A stretch of DNA of 64,000 bases from Phapecoctavirus DIJ07P2. The stretch is from sequence record OZ035771.1, one strand, 5' to 3'. This document shows, in pieces, positions 33,211 through 42,486 of this stretch. The number at the start of each line of letters is the position of its first letter. Position 1 is the first letter of the stretch. The translations under genes and the position numbers were made by a program. The notes under the pieces were generated by a model. It made no database searches and was not told the DNA's origin. It was given only the letters and a program-made list of their open reading frames with translations.

Positions 33211-33447
33211 TTAGTCTTCCCAGTCATTGTTCTCGGTAGAGTGAACCAAAGCTCGCACGATGCCGCCATAGTCTACTGCTTGGTTTGCAGCATGTTCGGC
33301 ATAAACTTCAATAGCTTTTTTGAAGAAAAGAGCAGTAGCTGCTTCAATATTATCCATTTCACCCTCTACATCAGTAGAAAGTGAAAGGTTGAGGCTTTCA
33401 TCTACTTCATCAAAATCAATAGCCACTGTCATAATTAGTTTACCCAT
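33211..33447 (-). CDS. hypothetical acidic protein (78 aa)
   Basis: track ORF. Confidence 0.4.
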   Translation of the reverse strand: MGKLIMTVAIDFDEVDESLNLSLSTDVEGEMDNIEAATALFFKKAIEVYAEHAANQAVDYGGIVRALVHSTENNDWED

Positions 33448-33459
33448 AGTTCACACTCC

Positions 33460-33969
33460 TTAAACAAAATAAAATGGTTGAGAGAGGCCCAAACGATTCT
33501 TTGGGTCGTATACATACCAAGCGTATGCTGTCTTATCTGTTCCACCTGCAACAAACGAAGGCCGTTCTGAAAGAACTATAAGGTTTGTCGGTGGATTCTT
33601 TTGATGGAACTCTCGTCGTTTCTTTGACTCCAAGAAGCCCAACCGAAGAAGATAAATACAAACATCCGCCTCTTTTAAGCTCTTTTCCAAGAACTCCATT
33701 GCTAACTTAAATGGAGGGTTTGTGATTATAATGTCGGGACGATTTTCCCACTCGTGACTAAAATAATCCTTACCTTCTTCAAGTTCACAATATTCTGAAC
33801 CTTCAGGAAAATGGCGATAAATCGCTTCAGCTTCACCTCTGCAAGGTTCTGCAAAAACCCAACCTTCTTCCTTTAGATTTTTGAAATCTATAACACTAAA
33901 CAAACTATTGATTGCTTTTTGCGGTGTAGGATAATAATCGCTCGTTGGGCGATCATAATCTAATGCCAT
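33460..33969 (-). CDS. small methyltransferase-like protein (NPPF motif)
   Basis: DIIITNPPF catalytic-type tetrapeptide as in N6-adenine / amino-MTases. Confidence 0.5.
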   Translation of the reverse strand: MALDYDRPTSDYYPTPQKAINSLFSVIDFKNLKEEGWVFAEPCRGEAEAIYRHFPEGSEYCELEEGKDYFSHEWENRPDIIITNPPFKLAMEFLEKSLKEADVCIYLLRLGFLESKKRREFHQKNPPTNLIVLSERPSFVAGGTDKTAYAWYVYDPKNRLGLSQPFYFV

Positions 33970-34387
33970 CTAAAATCTCCTCTTTTGTAATATTATCCAA
34001 CTCTTTAAAAGATGAAATCTCGTTTAATAATCCTATTTGATCAGCCTCTAGAGGATAAGTGTTTTTATCTGTTTTTCTAGACAAAATATCCTCAACAAAC
34101 TTATCAATAGCCAAAGAAGAATCATAAAATTTTAAAAGTTGGTAATCCATAGGAGATATTTTGTCATCTCTTAGAAATATTTCTAACATGTTTTCAGGAG
34201 TATCGTGGTTTAGTTTATGTTCACCAAAAATATTAACTTCGTAAACATCTTTGCCAAACCAACGTTTCTTCTTTTCAACAGTATAGGTTTTTGCCACCAG
34301 ACCATCTAAACAGTTTCTTGCCCTCTTACATGTTTGACGGTAAGAGTGGATAGCGCCTTCAACAAACTTAGCAGGAACTTGTAACAT
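33953..34387 (-). CDS. hypothetical protein (144 aa)
   Basis: track ORF. Confidence 0.45.
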   Translation of the reverse strand: MLQVPAKFVEGAIHSYRQTCKRARNCLDGLVAKTYTVEKKKRWFGKDVYEVNIFGEHKLNHDTPENMLEIFLRDDKISPMDYQLLKFYDSSLAIDKFVEDILSRKTDKNTYPLEADQIGLLNEISSFKELDNITKEEILDGIRL

Positions 34388-34432
34388 TATTAATCTCCTA
34401 TGTTTAAGAAATGCCCCCGAAGGGGCAGTTTG

Positions 34433-35125
34433 TTAAATAGCGGTTCCTTCGAAATCCGCCACATTTACGAGATTAATATTTTCAGATTTAGAAGTCAAGT
34501 TGTTTTCTGCAACAGATTTTTCTTCAGTATCCGCCTCGTTACCTGCCACGTTACGAGGTTCTTCTTCACCGTAGGGATTACCGAATTTCAAAAGATTGAT
34601 TAATTCTTCTTTGGAGAAGTTTTCTAAATCATCGTCTGTTAATTCAATAATCTCGTCTTGTTCTTCAATAAATGTTTCACCACCAGAAAAAGCATCTCGC
34701 TTTTTAGCTACTTCCATAGCTTGTTCTGGTGTTGCCCCTGCATCAAGAGCAGCTAAAGCAAAGTCTGACCCACTTCCTACTGCATAATATTCTTCATCAA
34801 TCGGATATGCACGTGTTGGATTGTTACCTTCGTGCAGGAAAATACGTCCGTCTGGATGAACAACAAGCGCAATAAACTCTTCATCTTCTTTATCTGGATC
34901 AGAATGAATCATCAAACCAGGGACAGCATCACGTGCTGCTTCGCACTGTAGGTTTTGTTCAAACCATTGAAAGAAAGAAAGCACGGAGGTCAGACGACCA
35001 GCACCACCTACAAGGTAATCTCCAATTTTTCGGACCTTTTTGAAATTAATAGAATCTACACGTCCGCCAAAAGTTACCTTACCATCACTCAAAATCTTAT
35101 TCTTGGTTGCAATAATTGTCGTCAC
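34433..35125 (-). CDS. HslV-like (proteasome beta-type) peptidase with long acidic C-terminal tail
   Basis: N-terminus MTTIIATKN (Thr right after Met), GGAG and GSGSDFALAA motifs; ~70-aa Glu/Asp-rich extension. Confidence 0.65.
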   Translation of the reverse strand: MTTIIATKNKILSDGKVTFGGRVDSINFKKVRKIGDYLVGGAGRLTSVLSFFQWFEQNLQCEAARDAVPGLMIHSDPDKEDEEFIALVVHPDGRIFLHEGNNPTRAYPIDEEYYAVGSGSDFALAALDAGATPEQAMEVAKKRDAFSGGETFIEEQDEIIELTDDDLENFSKEELINLLKFGNPYGEEEPRNVAGNEADTEEKSVAENNLTSKSENINLVNVADFEGTAI

Positions 35126-35628
35126 TATTCTTCCTCCTCTGTTAATGTTTTAAGAACCGCTTTCCCGCCATTCACATATTTGCAGATGTATTCTATCGCA
35201 CGTAGTGTCTCTTTGTCAACAAAAATTTGATCAGACGTTGCGAGCGGGTTATTAAGAAGATCACTGCAATCACGAACAAGCAGTGCTTTCTTATTAAACA
35301 AATTACTTAAGAACAGTAACTTCGCCTCTTCTTCTGTTATGTGCAGAAGGCTAGGATCGGAGCCAGCTATTCCTATTATACAATCAAACAAGCTTTCTTT
35401 ACTATCAGAAAGTTCTTGAAAATGGTTTAAAAGCCAATCTTCTCCTAGACACCAACATTTAAACATTTCCAGTTTATCTCGGAGGGTCATATTCTCTAAA
35501 GTAAGAGCAATCTCTTTTTCAATATGGTTTACACAAATTTGACGAAATTCGTTAGGTTTTACGAGTCCCGTTTGATAGCACTCATCTATACCACTTCTTC
35601 CGATAGCTATTGTTGCTACACCCATCAA
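35125..35628 (-). CDS. hypothetical protein (167 aa)
   Basis: track ORF. Confidence 0.45.
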   Translation of the reverse strand: MMGVATIAIGRSGIDECYQTGLVKPNEFRQICVNHIEKEIALTLENMTLRDKLEMFKCWCLGEDWLLNHFQELSDSKESLFDCIIGIAGSDPSLLHITEEEAKLLFLSNLFNKKALLVRDCSDLLNNPLATSDQIFVDKETLRAIEYICKYVNGGKAVLKTLTEEEE

Positions 35629-35660
35629 TCCTCCTTATAAATGGCTTCCCTGCCACGTTA

Positions 35661-36470
35661 TTAAATAAACACTTCAGTAATCAGTTTAGACAAACGTCCA
35701 CGTTTATTATCGTCCGTTGTCAGTTCAACATATCCAATAAAATCTACAATTGGCTCACGAACACCTTCTTCATTTTCTGGATATAAAAGTTCCAAAATTT
35801 GATGCAGACCATTGCTACGTTTTTTAATTGCATATGTCTGGCGAACATCGCCTAATACAATAACATGCGTATTAATACCTGCACGTTCAATAAGAAGTTT
35901 AAGTGTTTCTGTTGACATAAGTTGTGCTTCGTCAATAATGACAATTGTATTATCCAGGGTAGCTCCCAACAAATAGTTAGGAATATTCAATTCGATCTTA
36001 CCTGATCCAATATCATTTTCCAATTTATTGGCTGTCATGAATTGCTGGAAAATACGTTTTGTAGATTCGTAGTGTGCTGCTAGTTTATCTGTTTTATCCC
36101 CAGACAAGAAACCAATCTGGTCATCTCCGACTTCAGTAGGGTTCTTGATAAAAAGTAGTTTACGGAAGTCTCCTGAACGAAGCATCTGCAAAGCTTTCCA
36201 TAAAGCAACAGAGGTTTTACCAGTCCCTGCCGGAGCATTTACAACAGTCAGATCATTCCAAATCATGCTTTGAACAATCTTATTTTGGTCCCCTTCAGGC
36301 ATAAATTCATCTAAACGGTAATCGTCATTACCTACCGCTTTTGCTGCATAACGGCTTTCAATCTTTGCTGAATTAGCCAGTTTCTGCCGTTGTGTTTTAG
36401 CTGCGGTTTTATTTCCCATAGTAGCACTCCTTTTAGAAGGGGCCGAAGCCCCTTTATTAGTTGTAAGCAT
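35661..36470 (-). CDS. phoH: PhoH-like ATPase
   Basis: Walker A NAPAGTGKTS, Walker B IIDEAQ. Confidence 0.8.
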   Translation of the reverse strand: MLTTNKGASAPSKRSATMGNKTAAKTQRQKLANSAKIESRYAAKAVGNDDYRLDEFMPEGDQNKIVQSMIWNDLTVVNAPAGTGKTSVALWKALQMLRSGDFRKLLFIKNPTEVGDDQIGFLSGDKTDKLAAHYESTKRIFQQFMTANKLENDIGSGKIELNIPNYLLGATLDNTIVIIDEAQLMSTETLKLLIERAGINTHVIVLGDVRQTYAIKKRSNGLHQILELLYPENEEGVREPIVDFIGYVELTTDDNKRGRLSKLITEVFI

Positions 36471-36957
36471 CTAAAGTTCCAGAAGTCAGAACTTTAATTA
36501 CTCGTTCAGCACGGTTTGGCGTCTGGCTATACCATCGGCTTTTACGCATGTTTTTACCTGCTTGAGTATAATATGCATTGCTGATTAAAGTCAAGCTATT
36601 TTTAAACCCTTCAGCACCTTTTAACCCCAACTGGAAAACCATGTTGATTATTCCCAATTTACGAGTATCACTCACCTTATCATAGATTGGTGATAAGATA
36701 GCACTGTTTTTTATGTCTCTCTTCACTTTTGCAACATCGTCAGCAAAGATTTGACGGGCTTCTTTTTCTGTGATAACTCCATTGGTCTTACGACCAAGGA
36801 GATTATCTAAGATTTGAATAGCCTTTGCTTTATCTTTTATTTTAGTCAGAAGGTGTCCTATGCCGACTGTCCAATAACCAAGATGGTCTTGATAAACAGT
36901 AAGCTTCAGTCCTTCATCGACTCGTAGCATATCAAACTCATCTACTACTTTAGCCAT
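36457..36957 (-). CDS. T4-type lysozyme (endolysin)
   Basis: LRVDEGLKLTVYQDHLGYWTVGIGHLL and KSRWYSQTPNRAERVI closely resemble T4 gene e lysozyme. Confidence 0.85.
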   Translation of the reverse strand: MAKVVDEFDMLRVDEGLKLTVYQDHLGYWTVGIGHLLTKIKDKAKAIQILDNLLGRKTNGVITEKEARQIFADDVAKVKRDIKNSAILSPIYDKVSDTRKLGIINMVFQLGLKGAEGFKNSLTLISNAYYTQAGKNMRKSRWYSQTPNRAERVIKVLTSGTLDAYN

Positions 36958-36964
36958 TTACTTC

Positions 36965-37114
36965 CTATTCGTCATCTCCTACTCCGTGATCCAACTCGTT
37001 AAACAACAGGTGTTCTGGAGAAGTTTCACGTTTTGGTTTCGTTTTCTTTATGTTGGACTTCAGCTCATTTGCCAAAGCACGAGAAAAGATCTTACGTTTC
37101 TGTTTACTTTTCAT
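36965..37114 (-). CDS. basic micro-protein (49 aa)
   Basis: ATG 5 nt after glutaredoxin stop, GGAG RBS; MKSKQKRKIFSRALANELK... Confidence 0.4.
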   Translation of the reverse strand: MKSKQKRKIFSRALANELKSNIKKTKPKRETSPEHLLFNELDHGVGDDE

Positions 37115-37119
37115 AATTG

Positions 37120-37380
37120 TTACTCCGCAATTTGAGCCATGAGATCACGCAGTTCGGTAAAACCGCCTACGTATGTTACCTCCCCGTTCACTTCAGACAG
37201 AATTTGTGGAAATGTGCGTGGAGGAACTCCGGTAAGATCAACAACTGTTTTAGTCATTGATTCTAAATCGTAGTCTTGGTCAAGACTTAAATATTCAAAC
37301 TGTTTATTGCGCATGGTTAATAGTTGTTTTGACATTTCGCAAAATTGACAGTTAGGTTTACCAAAAATTACAAATTCCAT
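37120..37380 (-). CDS. glutaredoxin (NrdH/NrdC-like)
   Basis: CQFC active site in an 86-aa thioredoxin-fold-sized protein next to RNR genes. Confidence 0.7.
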   Translation of the reverse strand: MEFVIFGKPNCQFCEMSKQLLTMRNKQFEYLSLDQDYDLESMTKTVVDLTGVPPRTFPQILSEVNGEVTYVGGFTELRDLMAQIAE

Positions 37381-38222
37381 TACCTCTCCTTATTAAGTAA
37401 TACTGCTAAAGACCGTTCAATACCTTTATTTAAATCTGATTTTGTAAGATAGTGACTGGTTACTAATTGTGACTTCACCGGACGTGCTGCTGGAGCATTA
37501 TAGGTTGAAGCTGATACCGCCGATATCTTAACAGGTTCTGGCATCTGTGTCAAGATCTTTTCCGCAAACTCCGCCCAAGAAATAAGATGGCTTCCTGCAA
37601 AATGGTAAGTCTTTACAGATCTTGACCAACCTGTTTTTAATACTTCAAAAATAGCTTCTGCTAAATCTGGGGCATATGTTGGACAAGAGAACTGATCAGC
37701 AACAATAATAAAATCACGTTGTCCATCATTATAGCGAGACAACATGGTTTTTAGAAAGTTATTTCCAAATTCACTATATACAGACGCTGTTCGAATAATA
37801 TATGCGTTTGGGTTAACTCCTCGCACCATTTTTTCACCGAGTTCTTTCGTATACCCATAATTGTTTATCGGGTTAGGTGTAGTGTCTTCAAAAATAGGAT
37901 GAGAATAATTAAAAATATAGTCTGTAGAAATATGCACAAAATCAATTTTAAGTTTGCTGCACACTGCCGCAATATTTGCAGGGCCATAGGCATTAACAGC
38001 CAAAGCAGTAGCAAAATCCTGTTCTGCTTTATCTACAGCCGTATAAGCAGCGCAATTAATAACACCATCTACATAATCTTCAACAATAGCGTTTCGCACA
38101 GCTTCAAAATTTGTAATATCTACACGTTCTTTAGGATAAATTAAAGACACATTTGAAGGAGCCACTTTACGTAAAGCTTGTCCCAGTTGTCCATTACCAC
38201 CCAATACCAGATATGTTAGCAT
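37380..38222 (-). CDS. rmlD: dTDP-4-dehydrorhamnose reductase-like
   Basis: N-terminal LVLGGNGQLG Rossmann motif, 280 aa, translationally coupled to the RmlC-like gene. Confidence 0.7.
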   Translation of the reverse strand: MLTYLVLGGNGQLGQALRKVAPSNVSLIYPKERVDITNFEAVRNAIVEDYVDGVINCAAYTAVDKAEQDFATALAVNAYGPANIAAVCSKLKIDFVHISTDYIFNYSHPIFEDTTPNPINNYGYTKELGEKMVRGVNPNAYIIRTASVYSEFGNNFLKTMLSRYNDGQRDFIIVADQFSCPTYAPDLAEAIFEVLKTGWSRSVKTYHFAGSHLISWAEFAEKILTQMPEPVKISAVSASTYNAPAARPVKSQLVTSHYLTKSDLNKGIERSLAVLLNKER

Positions 38223-38782
38223 ACACCCTCGCTACGTAGCTGTTGAAAAGACTTAGCCATTGCATCTTTTGTTGATAAGATAGGTTTAAAATCTTCGTCA
38301 AAAATCATATCGAAGCCCCAATCAATCCCTATATCAGGATCATCCCAACGTAAACTTTGTTCGCTGGAAGGGTCGTATGGAGTTGTGCATTTGTATTCGA
38401 AGATAGCATCCATACTCAACACTATAAAACCATGCGCCAAACCAGGTGGAAGCCAGAACTGTGTATGGTGTCGTGCACGAAGAACAACACCGTCCCAAGC
38501 ACCGTAAGTAGGACTATCTTTACGTAGGTCTACAGCGAAATCCAATACTTCCCCACTTACACAACGAACAAGCTTACCTTGCGGATTATTTGTTTGAAAG
38601 TGCATTCCTCGCAAAACACCGAAGTTTGATTTAGACATGTTATCTTGAACGAAAGTTTGTCTACCGATGATATCTTCGTATTTTTGTTCATTATATGTTT
38701 CTAAAAAGAAACCACGATCATCTTTATAAACGTCTGGTTTGATAATTACCGCACCTTCAATTTTTGTTTTTTCTACTTTCAT
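38216..38782 (-). CDS. rmlC: dTDP-4-dehydrorhamnose 3,5-epimerase-like
   Basis: RGFFLETY ... VLRGMHFQ ... GKLVRCVSGEVLDFAVDLR ... WLPPGLAHGF; start trimmed to ATG 38782 (GGAGAG RBS). Confidence 0.8.
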   Translation of the reverse strand: MKVEKTKIEGAVIIKPDVYKDDRGFFLETYNEQKYEDIIGRQTFVQDNMSKSNFGVLRGMHFQTNNPQGKLVRCVSGEVLDFAVDLRKDSPTYGAWDGVVLRARHHTQFWLPPGLAHGFIVLSMDAIFEYKCTTPYDPSSEQSLRWDDPDIGIDWGFDMIFDEDFKPILSTKDAMAKSFQQLRSEGVC

Positions 38783-38926
38783 TTTCTCTCCGCTAATTTG
38801 AGTAGGTATTGCCCGTACTCTGTTTTCTTCAGTGAGTTTCCATGATATACCAAAGTCTCTAAAGAAATCCACCCTTTTTTGAAAGCAATTTCTTCCAGGC
38901 ACGCAATCTTCAACCCTTGACGGTTC

Positions 38927-39847
38927 TCAATAGTTTGCACTCCAACCCAGTTCAGACTCTATCTTAGAAGGATTGATTTCATAACGCAAGTCATGCCCTT
39001 TACGATCTTCAACAAAAGTTATCAAGTTGGAAGAAGGGTAGGTTCCTGCTTCTGGATGTACAGCATCCATGTAGTCACAAACCATATAGATGATCTCCAT
39101 ATTGGTTTTGGGATTACGTGTTCCCACATTATACGTTTTACCTGGTTCTCCACCTGTTGCCACTTGAAGAATAGCTCGCGCATGATCCTCAACAAAAAGC
39201 CAGTCTCGCACCTGATCGCCTTTACCATACACCGGAATCTCTTTATTCGTCAAGATACTTGTGATGATTTTTGGGATCAGCTTTTCTGGATGTTGATAGG
39301 GTCCAAAGTTATTGGAGCAGTTGGTTATCACAACAGGCAAATCGTAGGTACGGTGCCAAGCTTTCACAAGATGGTCAGATGCTGCCTTAGACGCACTGTA
39401 TGGGCTTGAAGGGGCATAAGCTGTCTCTTCGGTAAAGGGAACGCCAGAGTCTGCCATATCGCCGTACACTTCGTCTGTGGAGACGTGTACGAACATCTTC
39501 AGTTTATTCTTTGGGAGGAGCCTTGCAGCTTCCAATAAATTGTATGTACCAATAATATTGGAGTCGATGAAAACTCGTGGATTCTTGATAGAATTATCCA
39601 CATGACTCTCTGCCGCTAAGTGAATGATGAAATCGGGATTGCACTCTACTACTAAACTTTTTACTTGGGCTTCGTTTGCCAAATCTGTCATGCTTAGTTT
39701 AACGTGAGTGATATCGCCTACATTCTCAATATCTGCTGCATAGCTCATCTTATCAACGACAAAAACTTCGTTATTAGGATCTTGACAAAGAGAGCGCACC
39801 ACGGCACTCCCAATAAAACCAAGACCACCTGTTACCAGATAGCGCAT
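38927..39847 (-). CDS. rmlB: dTDP-glucose 4,6-dehydratase
   Basis: MRYLVTGGLGFIGSAVV, HLAAESHVD, YAPSSPYSASKAASDHL, YGKGDQVRDWLFVEDHA match RmlB/RffG-type enzymes. Confidence 0.85.
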   Translation of the reverse strand: MRYLVTGGLGFIGSAVVRSLCQDPNNEVFVVDKMSYAADIENVGDITHVKLSMTDLANEAQVKSLVVECNPDFIIHLAAESHVDNSIKNPRVFIDSNIIGTYNLLEAARLLPKNKLKMFVHVSTDEVYGDMADSGVPFTEETAYAPSSPYSASKAASDHLVKAWHRTYDLPVVITNCSNNFGPYQHPEKLIPKIITSILTNKEIPVYGKGDQVRDWLFVEDHARAILQVATGGEPGKTYNVGTRNPKTNMEIIYMVCDYMDAVHPEAGTYPSSNLITFVEDRKGHDLRYEINPSKIESELGWSANY

Positions 39848-39856
39848 CAGTTCTCC

Positions 39857-40183
39857 TTACCAGACGTTTTGTGATACTAATGTTTCAGTTTCAATATTAT
39901 ACTTATTAAGCAGTTCAAAATAGATCTCATTCGCTTTTTTATTTAAGCTTGTGAGGTCTATGGCACAAGCACCACAGCCGCTACACAGCTTGACACCGAA
40001 GACACAATCTTCAGGATCTGCATCGTACCACGGGGAAATGTTTTCCAAGCCCAAACCTTCGCAGAGAAACCAATTAAAGTCCCCATCGAACTGGTCTTCA
40101 ACTTGTGGGTCGTCTCCAAATATTTCTTTCCATTTATCATATGGTGCACCCTGTAACATACGCCATTCGATATCAATACCCAT
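39857..40183 (-). CDS. hypothetical protein (108 aa)
   Basis: track ORF. Confidence 0.45.
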   Translation of the reverse strand: MGIDIEWRMLQGAPYDKWKEIFGDDPQVEDQFDGDFNWFLCEGLGLENISPWYDADPEDCVFGVKLCSGCGACAIDLTSLNKKANEIYFELLNKYNIETETLVSQNVW

Positions 40184-40337
40184 TATTCATCTCCTCCTCT
40201 TCTTGAGCAGCTTTAATAATTGCTTCATAAATATCGTAAGCAATACCTCCACAACATCTAGCTTCGAAAGCTATTGCTTCTGCAATGTGATCTGTTAATT
40301 CTCGTGGAATGCGGACATACTCTTTTTCACTCTCCAT
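40173..40337 (-). CDS. possible micro-protein (54 aa)
   Basis: ATG overlapping neighbours; acidic C-terminus; below track cutoff. Confidence 0.3.
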   Translation of the reverse strand: MESEKEYVRIPRELTDHIAEAIAFEARCCGGIAYDIYEAIIKAAQEEEEMNNGY

Positions 40338-40479
40338 CTTCTACCTCCAACCCTTCTTTTTCAAAGACTACTACTCGCCCCTCACCATGACAATTCAGGC
40401 AAGGAAATGTTACCATAATTTCCACTTCCATTTGTCCAGTCCCACCACACACAGGACAAAAAATAAGTTTTTCAGCCAT
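40327..40479 (-). CDS. zinc-ribbon micro-protein (50 aa)
   Basis: CPVCGG...CLNCHG; TAATG overlap with upstream stop. Confidence 0.4.
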   Translation of the reverse strand: MAEKLIFCPVCGGTGQMEVEIMVTFPCLNCHGEGRVVVFEKEGLEVEDGE

Positions 40480-40688
40480 TATTCCTCCTTAATTATTTCA
40501 AACTTGGCAACACCATTTACAATAATATGACCACAAGACATAACTCCTAGCCAAGGATCGCCGTTTTTCTTCAGGCGTTTACCGAATACATCACAAAAAC
40601 CATTCTTCATTTCAGAGGCTTCATAAGAAGCCCCTTTATCAAAAACGTCTTTGAATGTGTCGATTATACCAACACATTTCAAAATCAT
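40479..40688 (-). CDS. hypothetical protein (69 aa)
   Basis: track ORF. Confidence 0.45.
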   Translation of the reverse strand: MILKCVGIIDTFKDVFDKGASYEASEMKNGFCDVFGKRLKKNGDPWLGVMSCGHIIVNGVAKFEIIKEE

Positions 40689-41773
40689 TCGAAGTCAAGC
40701 TCCTCATCATCAGAGAGATCTTTGTTAGCTGAATTTAATTTGTAGTTAGTTAACTGAATCTCTTGGGCTGCTGACTGAATCAAATCAGGATTCAACCATT
40801 TTTCCATCCAAGCTAAAGGACTATGTTTAGGTGCTTTAAACTTGGCTTTCATTTTCAATCGACGATAAATAGGAGCAGCATTGAAATAAACCCATTGTTT
40901 AGACAATTCGGCGTTAAGACCTACAATAAAACGCCCTTCACTAAACAGGTAGTCACACCACTGTTCCTCTTGTTCAACAACAGTGTCGAGAATCAAAGTC
41001 AACTCTTCGATATTGTCTTCGTAAATTTTACGCCAAATTGGGTCATGCATCAATGCATCAATTACAGCATAATCCATCTTAACATGCAAGATTTCATCTA
41101 GCATAATTTTCTGGATCAGTTTACAAGCTCCAACAAACAGTTGTTGTTCTGCCATAGCAAAAGTAGCAGAGAAGGAAGATATAAACTGAATACCTTCTAA
41201 CCCAATCAGGGCTACCATCCCTTTAAGAATCAGCAGTCGAAGTTCATCGTTAGCTTCAATCAATCCTAGAGCATACTTATGACCAGCTTCTTCCAACTGA
41301 CCCATGATATCAGCAATGATACCCATACGATTGAAAATTTTATCATTAATCATAATCTGATTGATGACTTCGATTGGATCTGGAGTACATTGACGGATTA
41401 TTTCAGAATACGTTAACGCATGGAGAACTTCCATTTCACTCTGCTTCATCATCATAGCACAGGCTTCATTGTTACTCAAGAATGGAGAGAACAAAGTGAT
41501 GATTGATTTTGCAAGAGAATCATTTTCCCATTGGAACGATAAGTTTTTAATCATAACATCATAGTTGTTTTTAGAACAAGCTACGAAATCTTTACGTGTC
41601 TGATCCAAGTTAACTTCGTTTTCATCCCAATCTTGTGCTTTTTGAAGTTTGTAGAGTTTGTGCATTTCTGGATAAGTCACGTTAACAGAATCAAAGATCC
41701 CTAATTGTTCCCCTAAAAATACTGGATATTTTCCTGTTTTGTAAACTTCATTGTGTAAATTAATTGCTGCCAT
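40685..41773 (-). CDS. nrdB: ribonucleotide reductase small (beta) subunit, class I
   Basis: 362 aa, ferritin-like helices with E/H clusters, ATGA-coupled to next gene. Confidence 0.85.
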   Translation of the reverse strand: MAAINLHNEVYKTGKYPVFLGEQLGIFDSVNVTYPEMHKLYKLQKAQDWDENEVNLDQTRKDFVACSKNNYDVMIKNLSFQWENDSLAKSIITLFSPFLSNNEACAMMMKQSEMEVLHALTYSEIIRQCTPDPIEVINQIMINDKIFNRMGIIADIMGQLEEAGHKYALGLIEANDELRLLILKGMVALIGLEGIQFISSFSATFAMAEQQLFVGACKLIQKIMLDEILHVKMDYAVIDALMHDPIWRKIYEDNIEELTLILDTVVEQEEQWCDYLFSEGRFIVGLNAELSKQWVYFNAAPIYRRLKMKAKFKAPKHSPLAWMEKWLNPDLIQSAAQEIQLTNYKLNSANKDLSDDEELDFE

Positions 41774-41818
41774 TTAAAATTCTCCTCGATAAAAAAGGGG
41801 GCCGAAGCCCCTTTATAT

Positions 41819-42475
41819 TTAGCCTCGAAACACTGTTTTTGTTTCAGCCAGATGCCAATAGAAATCCGCCTTGTTTACAAGAGTGTTGTACACCTCTTGA
41901 TAAAAATGTTCTTCCTCTTTGTAACGATCCGCTGTTTCCCTGATTGACTTAGCTTTATCCTTTAGCCAAGCGAAGTGTGCCTCTTCCTCTGTAGCGAAGT
42001 AACCTAAATGCTTACCTTTGCTCCCAGAAGCTTTGGCATAAATCTTACCATCTTTCCTAACATGTGCTCCTAGTAAGTATTTTCTTTCATACCTCTTAGC
42101 ATAACTTAAGAGTGTATTTATGTAAGGAGGAACAAACCTACAATATTCAGGACAGTAAACAGTATTTCCTTCAAGAACAAGATCTTTATCTAAAACAAAG
42201 CCTTCCACGTTATGTTCTTGATACCAGTTATCAAAGTTTGAAAAGGTGAACCAAGCATCACACACGGTAACATCTTTATAACCTGGTCTAATGTTTTCCA
42301 TACGATATGCGCGATTAAACATGCCTTTCCAAGCTGCATAGGAAGGATCTATGAATGTATTAACCCTTTTTCCATTGATAACACCACCTTCCCACAATCT
42401 ACGTTCAACATCCACAATCAAGGGGATTTCTCCCCTCTCTGTGAGAACGGTAACTTTACGTTTACCCTTCTTCAT
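41819..42475 (-). CDS. homing-endonuclease-like protein between nrdA and nrdB
   Basis: VTVCDAWFTFSNFDNWY and LGYFATEEEAHFAW segments shared with the 26766 protein. Confidence 0.5.
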   Translation of the reverse strand: MKKGKRKVTVLTERGEIPLIVDVERRLWEGGVINGKRVNTFIDPSYAAWKGMFNRAYRMENIRPGYKDVTVCDAWFTFSNFDNWYQEHNVEGFVLDKDLVLEGNTVYCPEYCRFVPPYINTLLSYAKRYERKYLLGAHVRKDGKIYAKASGSKGKHLGYFATEEEAHFAWLKDKAKSIRETADRYKEEEHFYQEVYNTLVNKADFYWHLAETKTVFRG

Positions 42476-42486
42476 CTGTTCTCCTA

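Noticed and set aside
38902-38929. Possible stop-codon read-through or fusion between RmlB and RmlC, which are in the same frame and separated by a TGA
   Set aside because: RmlC has its own GGAGAG RBS and ATG at 38782, and the ~40 codons between the TGA and that ATG show no convincing similarity to the RmlB C-terminal tail; a short RmlB (306 aa) is more parsimonious.
38993-39409. Track ORFs antisense to or nested inside large confident genes (38993-39409, 39951-40298, 43299-43562, 43474-43704, 45535-45765, 46007-46407, 15606-15950, 21074-21592, 23206-23406 and similar)
   Set aside because: They overlap motif-supported genes on the opposite strand or in another frame, lack RBS and have low-complexity translations.
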